A DNA stretch of 64,000 nucleotides from Raillietiella orientalis (Eukaryota). Below are positions 13,700 to 27,549 of the stretch, one piece after another (position 1 is the first letter of the stretch; every line of letters starts with the position of its first letter). The notes under the pieces were generated by a model. That model worked only from the letters and a program-made list of their open reading frames with translations, had not been told where the DNA came from and did no database searches. A program made the translations under genes and the position numbers. The stretch covers positions 2,232,001 to 2,296,000 of the forward strand of contig JAYWIR010000033.1 of assembly GCA_036172245.1 (NCBI GenBank), given 5' to 3'.

Positions 13700-16370
13700 T
13701 CGTTTTATGGGTTTCATGAGATTTATGGACCTTCTTTGCGGAAAGCTAGGTAGGCGGTTGCTACCTTCAAAGCACATTAAGCAGTCTGCAACCCGGTTTC
13801 TTTGCTGGCAGTCAATTGATTTCTCTCTTTCAGCAGCCTCAGGGTGCCATGGAGCAATTTGGTTTCTTTCTAACTACGGATGTCTGCTAGCCCGCGTCTT
13901 CGCCACCACGGAAAGCGGAAGTCCCGAAGCACAGTGCACTCTTCCCATTTCCGTCTGCGCCCAGCCGACCGCGCCGAGGGTGATCCGGGGAACAGGTGGG
14001 ACATCCGAAAAATCATAAGGAAGATGTCAAGTCCTGGCTTGCGTTTTGGAATTGATTTCATTGCGGAAAAGAAACGAAAAGGTTAACTTCCATCCAGGAA
14101 AGTCTGTTTTCCGGTTTGGGCTGTTCCGTTTCTATTTGGAATGAGCAAGGAGGAATAGTGCTCCATTAAACCAAAGGAAAGGATTCCATTGCTGGAGTGT
14201 TTCAAGTGCTGGAACACTTCAGCAGCGAATGGATGAATGAAACGAAGGAGTGCAGTCCTACTTGAACACCAAATCATCACCAACACGTACTGGCTTTCGG
14301 AGTGATTCGAACCTTTCATCCCTTCCTCCTGATTGTCTTGGAGGCAGTGGCATTTATAGAGAAAGCGAAAGTGATTCTGTGTTAAGGAGCGTCTTCCGAA
14401 TGACTTGAATGGAGGACAGCCGCACTCTGACACTCTTTCCTCCAAACGGAACCTTCTGGAAGGAACACCACCGAGTGAGCTTGCTGCCTGCTTTCCTACC
14501 TGCCCAAGGCAACGTTTGCTTCATAAGAAAAATTCCGATCGTCAGTAGCCCAAAAAATAATCATCAAACCGATGAGAAAATTGCAGGATTCTTGGCAACT
14601 CATTTTTGTTCGTAATTTCTCCTCTCGCAAGGACGCCTTGAGGAATGGGAGAGCGCAAAGTGGAGCTGCAGGTACAGTGCGAGCCCCGAATGCGTGACAA
14701 CCAATAATTACTGATAGAGAATTAAGGAAGCCAAGAGAACATGCCAATGAATCTTTGCCAGGAAATCCAAGCATACATGGTTATGATCATCGCGTTTGCT
14801 GAGTTCCAGTCTTCTGTGAGCCGTGATTCTCTTGATGCAAGCGAAACTCGTAGACTACCGAGAGGACTGATTGAATTTGTTCACCGTTGTCAATCGTAAG
14901 TGACGGAACATCTGAAACCAAGGTGAGGACGTGATTTCTAAGCGAGAATCCAATCCTCCCTGGGATCAAATGCAGCTCCCTTCTAAATCATCCAAGGCTT
15001 CCCTCTAAACCCGAGGATGGTCTCTCTCAACCATTGTGGCATGCCCCAAACCTATGTCGTGATGGAAAGATGACCAAGCCGAGAAACAACGTAAGCAACA
15101 TACAAGCGGTAGTTGTCCAAGCATACGGGAGTGCTCAAGCGTGCTGCTGAACATCTGAAGATGACGGATCGGAAAACACCAACACTCATATGAGGTGCAG
15201 ATCTGTCTCTGCCAGCATGCGCACGCTCCAGTGCTAAACATCATGGCACTGCTTCATCGAGAAGCCATGTCGGGAAGCGACTTCTTGTACACCGAGGATC
15301 ACTTGCATTTTCCCCACTGCCTCCTCCCACGCGGATGCTGCATGACCCGGTTTGCTGCCCGTGGAAGCGGCGCCTGCAGGAAGTTGTGCAAATCGAATAC
15401 ACAAGAGGTGCTCCAGTCCGGGCAGAGCCCTTAACCAACATTTTACACCTCTTCCGGAAGGACTCCATCAACAACGGTGCGACCTGATCTGAAGAGGTTG
15501 ATCAGGGAAGTGACGTAGGGAAAAATGGTAGGCTGCCAGGCCTTAAATCAGCCAATCGCGAAAGGCGGCTCTAGACTCCGACCGGACCTGGAGCTCCAGA
15601 ACGGAAACCGAGTCATCACACTCGTTGACTCTCTCAGCGTGGATGTCAGCTGCCTATGTAAGAAACCAGAAACAGCATTGGGAGGAGCACAGTAAGCAAA
15701 GGAAGGACCAAACACAGAAAACTGCCTGTCCTGTTTGCCGTTAGAGGAGTGTCGACTCCAGCAAGAGCACTGGTGTTAGGGTCCCTAAAAGTCTGGGAGT
15801 CTGAGAGTCTGCTCCAGAGATCTCGATATCCCCATTCACGGTCTGCAAGCATAAAGAATAGGATGGTGGGTTCTGTCAACTGGAACAGACGTAGTGAGGA
15901 CGCGTTAGGATGTAACAATGACCAGCAACCCTTAGGAAGGATCACGAGATGATGGAAACTTGTACCAGAATCGAAACTTGCTCGGAGGGAAACCTCCGTG
16001 CAGCTGCCCGGTAGCTTGAATTTGAAAAAAGCGAGCTCAGCCATCTTCTTGCAGCAAAGCGCTGCACAAACCCATGAGGGAGGGGCAGGGAGGCAACCGA
16101 ACTCTTGGAAACCCTCACGAGATTGATGACGCAGCCTCATCACCGGTTGCCAGCTGAGAAGAGATTTATCAGCACTACGCTTACTCTATCGCAGAGGAAA
16201 CTTCTGTACCAGCAGTAATTTGCGATATGCAGTTTAAATAAGCCAACGGCATGAGTTGCTGCAAGATTTTCACTTTCGACTTGGACTGTCAGATTGGATT
16301 CTTTACAGATCCGTTGGTAGCCAATGGAGTCGCGCATCTCACTTTGGAGGAGAACGAATTCTCACATGGT
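13700..16370 (-). pseudogene. Near full-length intronless IR-like pseudogene
   Basis: FPYVT..VVDGVLPE; GRRQWG..PDMAS..LERAH; VLVFSDPSSSDVQQHA*ALPYAWTTTACMLLTLFLGLVIF (M1); CMLGFPG..SVIIGCHAFGA..LPF. The N-terminal boundary is a guess. Confidence 0.55.
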
Positions 16371-17033
16371 GGCTGCTGTGCTCGCGGGATGGGTTCTTCC
16401 GGGACTTTTGCTGCTGATTCCAGCCTCACTAGACGTACGTTTCCGCGCACGCTTCTTCCGCGTGTCCCAATGCGTGACCGCCTTGAAAGTCCTCACGCGA
16501 CCGCCTTCCCACCGATGCATCGGCACGTGCGTGCGTGGGTACGCACGCGCGCGTCGATGCACAGGTAAGCTTTCCTTCCAGAAAGTCCTCGAAACGTAGC
16601 CGGATCTAAGCCCGCGTGCGTGTTCTGCTCCGCGGCTTTCTCTGAAGATGGCTCTCGAAGATCAGGGAAGAGGTCACGGGGAGAGTTCACCCACGTGGGA
16701 CGAGCGTGAGGCTCCATCCAGAAGTGCGATGGCAAGGCAGCCCTTCCCAGATTTGAGCGCCATCTCAAGAAGAATCTTCGGAGTGTCGTGCTCGGCATTC
16801 CGGCACCATCTGTCCTCAACCACCCGATTCGCGTCAGACTCCTGCCTTCCCTTTGACGGCTCCCGAGATCATCTGATGGTAGTTAGCATCCCCCTCTCGA
16901 GAGAAGATGATTCCCCGCGATTCATCTCGGGAGGAACCACATTAACAACCTCCAAGTTCATTAAGGCGCGGCGGCAGCTGCGGTTTATCTCCCATCCAGA
17001 GATTCTGCCGCCGCCGATGCCGTCACTGCCACA

Positions 17034-17064
<31 letters not shown>

Positions 17065-17080
17065 GCGTGTGCGTGCGTGC
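17034..17080 (+). repeat. (TG)n / (GTGC)n microsatellite
   Basis: About 13 TG units followed by GTGC-type variants. Confidence 0.95.
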
Positions 17081-17089
17081 TTGTGTTTC

Positions 17090-18900
17090 CGCTCGTCGAC
17101 TTTGCCAGGAAGGAACGGTCGACTTTTCGAAGTGAGACTCCGAAAAGGCGACCGTTCCTTCTTGGCAAATTGCCGCAGATCTCGGAACCGCTGTGGCAGC
17201 CCTTTTTCTGCGTCCAAAGGAAAGCTGCCTGGGAAACTCTCTCGCAGACGGAGAGGGACCTCCGGCACCACGATTCTCGGTGCTCCTGGGAAAGTCCCCG
17301 GGGCTTTTCGGGAATTCCAGCACCTAGAGGAGCGGTCACGGCTTCTGTTCACATGGTTGCGCCCCGAAAACGCTGGTGCCTGAAGCAGACGCGTACGGGG
17401 CCCGGGTGTCCGGCATGGCAAATCCATTCCTCCCTCAACCTGCCTCCCTGGAACTCGTCCCCGACGATCTTCAGAGAGCGGCGGAAGCAACGACATGAGA
17501 ACGAAAGAAGAAACCAAAGCTCATGCAGGTGTGAAGAGAGAAGGAACAGGAGCCACACCAAAACGAGAACGAGATGCTGCAGCCCTTAGCCAACGGGGGA
17601 GCATGAGAACGCTGCAATGCAATGGGCTGCGAGGCCGTCGCAAGGTTCCTGTGATTCTTGCAGTCTCAGAGCTTCGTTTTCGTCTGCTGGTGGTGTCCTA
17701 AGAGAAGCCATGGAAGACATCTCAGCCAGATCTTGCGAGCGTTCATCCCCTGGTCGGAGGGATGACAGGCTCACAAGTAGGTAAATGTCTCGGAGACCCT
17801 CTCTGAGGGACCTGGTGTTCGATCTGATTCCGGTCCAAGAACTCTCTCTTCTCCCTCGTTTTTCGCCAACGTTCTCAGTACGCTTAGCTACGCATTCCTG
17901 GTACACGCGACAGCAGGGGTTCATCCGCTCGCTACCTTGCAAAGAGAGGGAAGAGGCTCCCGGGACCAGGAAGGTAGAAGGAAGAAATTCTGGCCTCCCT
18001 CTGTGGTTCCACCTAGGGCACAAACGGCACAGACAAGAGCTCATCTCAGGGTAGCGTTGGGTGGACGTAAATGTTCCCTGCTTGGTCAGGAGGGACACGA
18101 AACAGAGCGGCTCCCTTGGCCACTTCCCTCTTCCACGTGTGCTCGGGAAGTCGCGTTGTCCAAAACCTCTGCATGTACGCAGAGTCTCAAGGTCAGAAGA
18201 ACCTGCATCACAGCACCGTGGCTGCTACGATGCTGCCATCTCTGTTGGGCAGTTTTGGATGTTGTCATTATCACGATCCCTACCATAATTACCATATCCT
18301 TAGCATAAGTATCAATTGTTGTAATGCTATCCTAACTACTAATTTACCTATTCGCTGTTCATGGTTTTTATTGTAGCCTATATATATTATCACCCTCCTA
18401 TCTTTCCACATACCACCATTACTGGGACCCCTAATTCTGTGACGTTACTGCTGCTTTGATGCACAGCCACTCCCAGCAGGATTCGTCCCTGCCTCGAAAC
18501 CATCGTGACTGCAGTCTCGTGAAACTCCCTACCCTTCCGGGAACAAGGGAAAAGATGGCGTACATCCCCACCCATAGCTCATGGAGTGCGCCTGCCTAGG
18601 AAGCCGTAGCTGTGCCCGTTCCAGGCCTTACGATCCACGCAGGGCTTTTCCCGGAGATCGTCCTGATATGAGGATGACAGAGATTTTTGGGAGCTTTTCG
18701 GCAGTCCAGAGGGTCTGGACTCCTGGGGAGGTGAAGATCCTCGAAGGAGAGAAGTCTGCTCATTCTCCCGAATTTTCTCGGAAGGACACGTCGTTGGCCG
18801 AATGAAGGACACGAACGGGATGGAATGGGGGATAAAGGTCCATAATGTAACGGGGCTGGAGCCCAACTTCCAGGGAACTTTGCTGCAAGTTCCCGAGTTC
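17090..18900 (+). mobile_element. Decayed L1/Tx1-type ORF1 (gag-like) fragments, probably 2-3 pieces
   Basis: GRLFEVRL..TTILGAPGKVP; GLPLWFHLGHKR/..RKCSLLGQEGHETERLP (decayed CX2CX4HX4C knuckle near 18070-18115); EIFGSFSAVQRV. Confidence 0.35.
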
Positions 18901-19299
18901 AAGGGGGGAGAGAGGAGGAGGTAAAGGGAATTCGGTTCGGAACGAAGCGGCAACTCTGCCTTCCGTGCAGCTTTCGATCAAACATCGCACTTGTTGCCGT
19001 CGTTTATTTATCTTCTTCATCGAGCCTCTAGGGCTGCTGCATGCTTGGTCGATTCCTAGTTCGACTGCACAACTCATGGCCGAGAAAATTTTCCAACTGG
19101 GTTGTCTAGAGACTACCGGAAAGGAAGATATGACCATATATGCATATACATATAAATGTATATTGTAGCATTGCTTTCATATTATTTACATGTATAATAT
19201 AGAAGCAATGCATGGTATGTATATACCCCATGGTATGTAAATATATATATACATACCATGGAGGTGATGCAGCACCGTAGGAAGCTGCAAGAAGTTAAA

Positions 19300-20450
19300 C
19301 CGACAAGGCGCTGCACGAGTGTTTCCACAAAATTAAGTCTTATGGTTGTTTAAAAAGTGAAGGGAAAAAAAAATAGCAACGGTTCTTCCACCGTTCCTAC
19401 GGATATTTTCCAGCTCGACGGACTAGGGAGAGCAAACGGGAATCTCGGATATGACCTCAGACAGGAATGTCACGGAGGTCGACACGTTCACTCCTTGTTC
19501 CAATTTGTAGCTGTGAGCTGCACCAAACGCAGAGTCCTTGGCGAGTACCATTTGCCATGGGGTCAAACGACTGTTAATTGCAAAGACAGGAGCCATCGAT
19601 TAGAGGGAATCCCTCGAGTGGTCAGATCTCCGAAGAGTCCTTTCAAGGCACACAGGAGAGGCAGTCACGCGCCTGCGCGCGCCGCCTGGAGCTGTGGAAA
19701 GGGAAGAACTCCGCAGCTGCTGCTGCTGCAAGGGAAAGACAAAAAATTGTCGACGTGAGCTGCACGAGAAACAGCTTTCGGCACAATCGAGGTGCGTCCA
19801 GAGATGCAGCGGCTCTCAGCACTTTCACGAGGATGCCAACCCTTCGGATGTTTTGCTCGCGTTGACGCCGATCGCATTCCGGCGCTTGGATGAGAAACCA
19901 TCAGCGGCAGACGTCGACGGCGATCGTGGGGATGTTGTCGACAGAACGGGGACGGAGGAGGAGGACGTGGCCAACGCGCGTGAATGTGGGATCTCTTCCG
20001 ATGCACGGAACTCCGCGCGCACGCGTCTGCATCCAGCCTCTGTCGCGGCAGGCGCGCCTCTCGAGAGAAAGAACGATGCGCGAAGCAGCGCGGAAAAGAG
20101 GGACAAAGGTCTCCAGGGACGGGGACTCCCGCATCTGGACAGGGCACACTCTGCTCTCCAAAAAATCGCATCTCGGGCGTTCGGTGGAACCGTGGACAAA
20201 CCTGCGAGCTGCCGTTGAGAGGAGAAGATCTGCGGCTGATCGAAAGAACGGCGAGTGCCTACACGACCGGTTTCCAGCAGCGGCGTCCTTGAGAAGCAGG
20301 GGAATGAGGGTTGACCTTTTATCCAGACAGCAGAGGAGGTCCACGAACATCCGGAAGAGATCGAGGTCGTTGAAATAAGGAGCAATTCGCCGTGTTCTCC
20401 ATCCTCTAGACTCTTCCCTGCCCGATCACCGTCAGGTCTCTTGGAGGCCA
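19300..20450 (-). pseudogene. IR-like relic, GC-rich (S1-M1-P)
   Basis: LFRMFVDLLCCLDKRS; IVLSLERRACRD (cf. T.ER...+D); LFLVQLTSTIFCLSL (M1); GLFGDLTTRGIP. Confidence 0.4.
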
Positions 20451-20559
20451 CTCGGGTCCCTCCCTCTATCGCCCGGAGTGCATTTTTTCTTTTTCATTTT
20501 CCAGAAGAGGAGGATTCCAGAAGCAGCTGGGAAATGCTTCGCTTGACCTGCAGAAGCGT

Positions 20560-21600
20560 CGGTGGTCTCCACGGAGATGGTCTCGCGACACCAGCGAGCT
20601 ACGTGTGAAGGTGATCAAGGAGCACAGAGAGCACTACACTGTGCGATTGAAAGGCGTTCGGTGAGGGTTCCACACTTTTCTTGTGGCACACACGAAAAAG
20701 CGGACGTAAAAAGCTCAGACCAGCGCAGATGGCCATCCGCCGTATGGACGAGCTTTATGGTGGGCAAACAATTTTGCAGACACCGCTTGCAGGGCACCTA
20801 TATCAGGAGCTCTGTATTTTTCTGCCCCAGCAGCATAGATCTTCAACAAATAGATGCAGGAAAAGTGAGCGCATATCTGTACTGTCCCGTACTTGATTTA
20901 GGCGGAGGTAAATCGATATGCCCGAGAGAAGTTCCCGTGACTTTTTTGGCATGTGCTCTCGAGGGTCACTCGTGGTATCAGTTTTCATCTTTATCCTGAA
21001 AGGACTCTGAAGCGAAACGCCGCTTCTTTCCAAACGGAGCAAAATAGTCCATGATGACCGCGTTCCCATTAATAGAACTCGCAGAATGATATATGGTGGT
21101 TGGCTTGCAGCTGCAGTCTTGTACAGAACATCCAAGGAGCTCCGGATCTATTCGCGTCGCCGCAGGAATTGCCAGCTGTAAGCTTGTTTCAAGTGCTCTT
21201 GTCCAACCGGCGAACAAGAACTCTTTCGAGAACTTTTCGAATCCCTACAGCCACCATAAGATTCACTCCAATTAGCTGTAAATTGCGCCAAACAGCATTG
21301 AGTGATGTGCACTGCAGAGACGCGCAGCCCGATGGCACTGCAATAAGTTGAAGAAAGCAAGAAGAAACGTCCATAAGAACGAAAAAGATCTCCATAAAGC
21401 ATAGAAAGGAGGCTGTAGTTCCGGAGCGTGAGATGCTGGAGCATTGACGATGCAGGCAAAAAACCGAAACAAAATGCTTTTCCTTTGTGAACTCATCGCA
21501 TGCGATTCGTTATCAGAATATCAGAGAAAATAATTCGAATGCAGTCCTTCAAGTAGCTTTTGCATTACGTAAGAAGCGCGATAGCATTTGCATAACATCC
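20560..21600 (-). pseudogene. IR-like relic (M1 to M3); may extend to ~22350
   Basis: CIVNAPAS..PPFYALWRSFSFLWTFLL (M1); SLNAVW..ERVLV; AYS/GN (cf. AYSGNL); TIKLVHTADGHLRW. Confidence 0.5.
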
Positions 21601-24339
21601 ATTTGCTACTGATAGCGGTACATCTGTTCACAGGGCGCTCCACGAAACGGAACATTACTTCTCCCACATGCAGATGAGGGCACCTTTTGGCGAGGAGTGC
21701 CGAATTCCATTTTCTTCTCCTCGTCCTCCTTCGTCACTTTTCGATTCTCATCTGCAAACCTGCTAATCCTTCATCTCTCTTTCCCCCGGGAAGGAATGTT
21801 CTCTTCTGTTTGTTTTCAGACTTCGAAGCGGAAGCGCCCACATAGAAAAGGAACTTCACTGTGAAACCATGAGCCAAACTAAAGGTCACCGATTCACGCT
21901 TTCAATTGACTCTGCCTTAGGAGGTCAGCGGTTGCTTTGATCACGCCTGGACAAATACACCGAACGCTGAGGTTGGTCTTTCTGTACCTTCCTCTGCTCT
22001 GACACAAAGGCGGGTAGCTGCTGTAGCCATTTCTGACCTTTCCATCTCACAGACTTCGGTTTTTCCTTCCATGCATGACATGATGCTGACTGGCGCATCC
22101 TCAAATTCTTTGGAGACTTGTGAAAGAAGATCCCATGGAGATTTTCGAAAGATATATGCCTACTCTTAAGAATTCTGTGTAGTACGCTGTAAGGAATATT
22201 TTGATCATGTGGAAGCTGCGATAGACCTCGACAATATTGATGGCAAAACCTTCAAGCCTTCGGTACTGTTACAGCGGAATTTCCTAAAGATGAAGCACTG
22301 CTGCTGATGTGCCAGAAACTTAGGAGTGGACTTGCAACCTCATCCTGCGCAAAGCAGAACTGAGAGTCGAATGCTCGTTCTACTCAAATAGAAGCCTTGA
22401 GCTGAAGTAGACAACCGCCTTTCGTTTCCAGAATGCCTAAAGAAAATGCTCTGCTTCTGGAGTAGAGAAATATGCAAACGAAAATCTGCAGCAAAGTCGC
22501 CCAGTTCGAGGGATTCTGGAAAGACTCTTTACTCCGTCTCCATGACCTTCCTGGAACGACCAGGAGTTTTGGCTGCTCTGTTCCGATAGTCCAGCAAGGC
22601 TGACCATCGGAGCAGAGAAGGCAGAGAGCCGCCTTGCGATGCTCAGCGGAGGGACTACGAGCAGTGAATGCCACGCCGGCCTTGGACGCCTTCTTCAGCC
22701 ACCCCGACAGCCGCGGACTGGAGATTCTTCACTATAGCGTCATGCACATCACGGATACCGTAGTCAAGGACACCTTGCTGCACGACCACTTCGTCCTAGG
22801 AGGCTAGAAGTTTGCTTGGTCGGCAGATGGTTCACCAGGAATGCCCTGGTGCATCGACTGGAGCCACTTCCTCTACTGGGGGAATGCCACAAACGCCACG
22901 TTTTATTTTTAACGAAGTATTGTGTGCACTCTTTACTGAGTTTCCGCTTTGGGGCATTCCCAGCTTTCGATGGGAACAACCCGTTCCTTTTTTCAGCCTG
23001 TAGAGTGCGTTTCGGTTTGTGTGTGCGCGTGTGACTTCCGGTTCATTCCTACCAAAGTGAGTCCTCAACGAAACGAGATGATCCCAATCCAGCTTTCGAA
23101 AGATGAAACCATGAAAAGTGAAAAGAACTTACAGGTGAAGGGTGTTCATTCCAAGAGGGGAAGCAGCGGATTCGAAAGGAGGAAGGTTACCCATAACAAC
23201 GGAACGTTTCTAAAAATGCCAAAGCTCTGAAAGTTCCTTTTACAAAGACGGCGAGCGCCATGTTCTCTGCAAGAGAAAAGAGCAAACTTTATGTTGCTGG
23301 ACTGTCGCCATGGCTCTTTCAAAATTACATCAGGTTTCAAAAGCACCATAGAGATGCATCTCAAACAGATTCAAGAAGCAGATTGCGGATTTCTGGCATT
23401 TACACATGTACATGCACGTATGTCGAGAACACTTCATTAAGTGGTGAATGTCGGACTACTGAATCTATAAATTTAGCATCTTCGGGCCATCTGTGTAATC
23501 CCTCCTAGCGCGCAGAGATGCTTAATACGCAAATGAGAACGCTGGCAACCCTGCTCGCAACGATAGGACTATGGAAATTGCGATAATCAAAAGCCGGGAA
23601 CATATTGTGTCCCCATCTGTACGCGCGGCCGACACGATTGACACAGATCGGAATGTTTGGTCGATGGACACGACCAGGAATCTCTGGTGTCGGTTTCCTG
23701 ACTTGGCGCTTGCAATCTGGAACGCTTTCTCGTCGCAAGTCGCTCGGAGTCGAGTTCAAAGAGGCCATTTTGGCTGCAGCGGGACTCGGAAGCGATCGAG
23801 CTGCTTTCAATTCCCTCTGAAAGCGCTCAAAGGGCTCGTCTCTGCTCTCTGTGGTGAAGAGTCCGGTAATCTCAACAGACTGCAGGCATCTCGAGTCTCG
23901 GGTTCCTGCAGCAGCTGCCTCTGGCGCTCCGACCAGCGACTGTCGATGGGAGGGGATGGCAAACGGCGAGGCGGCTTCAAACGAACTCCAAGGAGCTGCT
24001 GTTGAAAGCAGACTGCGCTCTGGGAGCGCAGGGGTAGGCCATTGGGCACATGGCGTCTCTAGTAAGCGCTCCGCGAAGCTCCTCCGCTTCCATCCCAGCC
24101 GCCCTCGAGGTCAGGCGTGCAACACCCTGCTCCGAGTTGAGCGGAAGACACCGGACTGGAGGATCCTCAGCTGGATCCTCACGGGGGTGTCGTCTGCCCT
24201 GGCCCCATGGAAACTGACCGCGCGCTGACATGCAAGGGAAAGAGCGCGAGCCCCTCGAGGAAGGGTAACCGCGGATACCGCGAGCGCTCGATCACCCCCA
24301 GCGGCCAGCAGCCTCCTTAGCACGCTTCCGAAGCTGTGC

Positions 24340-25500
24340 ACATTAGTCCCGGAGGTGGAGGAGAGCCTTTGGGTGCGGCCTAAAGGCAGGCATACCCCGA
24401 GGCGACCGGTTGCTCACGCGGTGCTTCCCGTCTGGAAGATGCGCGCTGTCGCCCGTCTCCCGGTCCTGGAAAAAGGACGTCGGCCACACCGGTTCCCTCG
24501 AGCAAAACGACCCGCGGAAACTCGCAAGATGCACGTACGGACCCGGAGGGATTCCCCGGTCCGTTTGATCTACGGAGACATGATGCGAGGCGGCTACGAA
24601 ACGCATGACTCCTTTCCCCATTCTTACCCTCGAAGCCTCGAAGGATCTTCTGGATGCTTCTCCTCCCTTGTCCCCTTCCCCCTTTTCCCCTGATCGCACT
24701 GCATCCAACACTCCGGATGCTTCCGGATCAGAATGCTCCGAGGGCAGGAGGACGCGGATGAGAGAGGACGTTCTTACCTCGGCCGCTTCCAGCGGTGGTT
24801 GCGGTGGGTGGAGGCTGCAGGCAGAAGAGGAAGTGGAGGAAGAGGAGATGGCTGAGGCGACGGTAGAGGGTCACCATGGCGATCGAGGGTTGGTGCGCCG
24901 GCAGCAGTGGGAAAGGGGAGCCAACGAACCCCTCACACCGGTAGTGTCTCCTCCTCTCGGGACGCCCGTTCCCTGCGCTGCAGCAGCGGCATCTTCTGTC
25001 CGGGACTGACTCGGCAACGGCCCCCGCCTCGCCGAAGAGACGGCGGTACGTGCGCGTCGTCCGCCGCCCCGAGCTGATTGGCCCGCCAGGAAGGGAGGGC
25101 AGGCGCACGCTTCCCTCTCCTCCCTATCCGTTCACCCGGGAAAGGACCAAGCGCTGCTTTCCCGGTCAGGAGCTGACCCGCGATGGGTCGATAGAGCTCT
25201 CGGCGACCCTGGAAGTAAAGGCAAGGGGTCACGGGTCGGATCGCGCGCGCGCTACGACTTTCTTCAAGCAGAGGCTCCTCCAACCTGCCTGCTTTTCTCC
25301 TTCCACATCCCTTGCTCCCCGGTGCGTACCTCTTTTCCATCTCTGGTGGCGCGCTTCCGGAAACCGTGCTTCGTCTCCATGCAAACCGACGACCTACGCG
25401 GGAAAAAAGACGCCCCTTAATGCTCCTCTCATCCCAGAAAGAGGGAGTGCAAGCCTCATTTGTCGGGTGGGAATACGACGAAATCCAGGAAGCATTCCGA
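24340..25500 (-). mobile_element. Decayed Tx1-like ORF1 fragments with zinc-knuckle remnants
   Basis: RRLFGEAGAVAESVPDRRCRCC (decayed double knuckle); GIPPGPYVHLASFRGSFCSREPVWPTSFFQDRETGDSAHL (cf. PP..F.LG..RG...GQP..C..C...GH); GC-rich. Confidence 0.35.
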
Positions 25501-25749
25501 ATGAGTCCCTCCTGGTCCACCGAGGGAGACTGGAGGCGGTTACCGAAAGTCCGACTGACTCCCCGAGATGCGCCGTCAAAGCAACTGTGCACGCCCAGAT
25601 CAGAGAGAAAGGAGTGATCCAGACAATCGGAAACTGCTGTTTGTTTTCCACGGCTACACAGCTCCCACGCATGATTCACTCTCATCTAGAGGATGCTGCC
25701 GGCCTGGCGCAGTGAGAAGGGCGAGTGCTCCTGGCGCGAGTGCTCCTCG

Positions 25750-26460
25750 ACTCTCCTCTGTGGCGAATAGCCCCGACTCCCCGATCGTCATGGAGACCCC
25801 CTGTCGCCGACATCCCTCTTGATCTTCATCATCTGCTTGTAGCTACAGTTCATCTCATCGGCAAGAGAAGAGCCGGCAGCCAGCCTCATTCCATGAGCAG
25901 TGCTCACCCATTCGACCCGCACGCTATCTGCTGATGCCATTCTTGAGAAGCCACCATCTGCAAGATCTATCGAGCTTTTGGCAGCCTCCTGGGGGGCTAT
26001 GAGATCACTTGCCTCTTGGGAACGCGCGGAGAATGCTGCCGACCGGAAGATAGAGTTCGGAGATGAGTCATGCGGCTCGCCGCTGAGTTCCATCCATCCT
26101 ATTCCATCGCTTCTCGGCCTTTTGGTTAAGATCAAAGTGCAGCCCATCCTATTCCTCACGCTAGATGGGTGTGCAGAGCTGTGTCAGTGCTGGATCCTCT
26201 GCTCACCCTCTGTATGGAACTTTCGGCGCACGCTTTGCCCCAGAATCTCCTGCCAGACAACGCCACTATGGTCCCCGAGAATGCAGGGTCCGATCGCAAA
26301 GGTTCGCTCGTGGCAGCTGTCGGATGGAGCTCTTACGGGGTCGTTGGCGCACGTATATCCCCGTTTGTCTGTGGGATATCCTCCAACTTTAGCTTTCACA
26401 GATCCTACGCTCTCCTATTCGACGTCTTCAGCGTGCTTCTGACGCGGGGCCGCAAAGGAG
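25750..26460 (+). pseudogene. IR-like relic (S1-M1-P)
   Basis: LHHLLVATVH; SIELLAASWG..EFG; LDGCAELCQCWIL; ALLFDVFSVLLTRG (cf. +L..QG). Confidence 0.3.
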
Positions 26461-27441
26461 GCACGGAGCATGTATCGCTTCAGTCCTGAGCAGAAGCCAT
26501 CATCATCGGGAATTCACATACTTCGTGAGATTCTTCGCATCCTCGTGGTATGCTTTATTAGTCGGAAGAGGCAGTCTCATGCATCCCTCCCTATTTGTCT
26601 AAAAAAAAAAAAAAAGCATCTTCGTCTACGTATCAGCCTATTCACATACTGTCGCTTCGACGCATAGAAATCCATGACAGTCCCCACTTCACCGAATTCC
26701 CGGTCAATTTCCTCACCTTGCTTTCCTTCTGATACAGTGCCTCGCTTGTCTCAACAAACACCTGGAAACATCTGTAGTAGCGTTATTACAACGCACTACT
26801 AATCCTAGACCGTTTCCCGAACGGACACTAGAAAATTTTCAAACGCAGTTAGCGCAGCATGAATCCAGACAGCTTTGACAAAACGTTGTTCCACAGCGAA
26901 GCCTTCAGCGCAACAACAATAATGCAACAATTGAACAATGCTTCACTGCAACAATGGAAATTCAAGCAACAATGAACAGAAGCTCACGATACATCGTGCG
27001 ATACGCATGCATTGTTTGCGATACATAGATAGACAAACAATTATACGTATATAATTACGCACGTGCGTGCATGTAAATGTATACGTGTACATGTATGTAC
27101 ATGTGTGTGTGTATTTATTTACACTCACATTCGAATTTGCACAGGGAGATTTCGCAGCATGAACTTGTAGGGGTGAATAATAAAAAACTTTCGGGTTATC
27201 GCGTAATCATTTACTCGAGTGTAACGATTTTTCCCTTTCTGTAGTCATGCAAAATTCGTGCATCGTCAAGTCTAGATTTATTGACTTGTTATCGCCGTTC
27301 GCCGCATGCATGCTGCACGCCGACACGAAAGCAACTGCTACAAATGTTTCGTACAAAACCGAGACCAACCAATTTCGATGGAAATACTTCATTGGGAAAC
27401 ACAAAAAGCAAAACAAAAAAATGCGCGCGCTCGCTCACATA

Positions 27442-27467
27442 TGTGTGTGTGTGTGTGTGTGTGTGTG
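27442..27467 (+). repeat. (TG)13 microsatellite
   Basis: Direct read. Confidence 0.95.
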
Positions 27468-27549
27468 TTTTTTTTTAAAAGAAAATCCCACGCCAGCTTG
27501 TTGCACTCTCTGGAGTGACATCTGAAATTTACACGTTCAGCAAGTACTT

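Noticed and set aside
16648..17589. 313-aa ORF
   Set aside because: It runs through a TG microsatellite in GC-rich TE debris with overlapping ORFs in all frames; not a credible gene.
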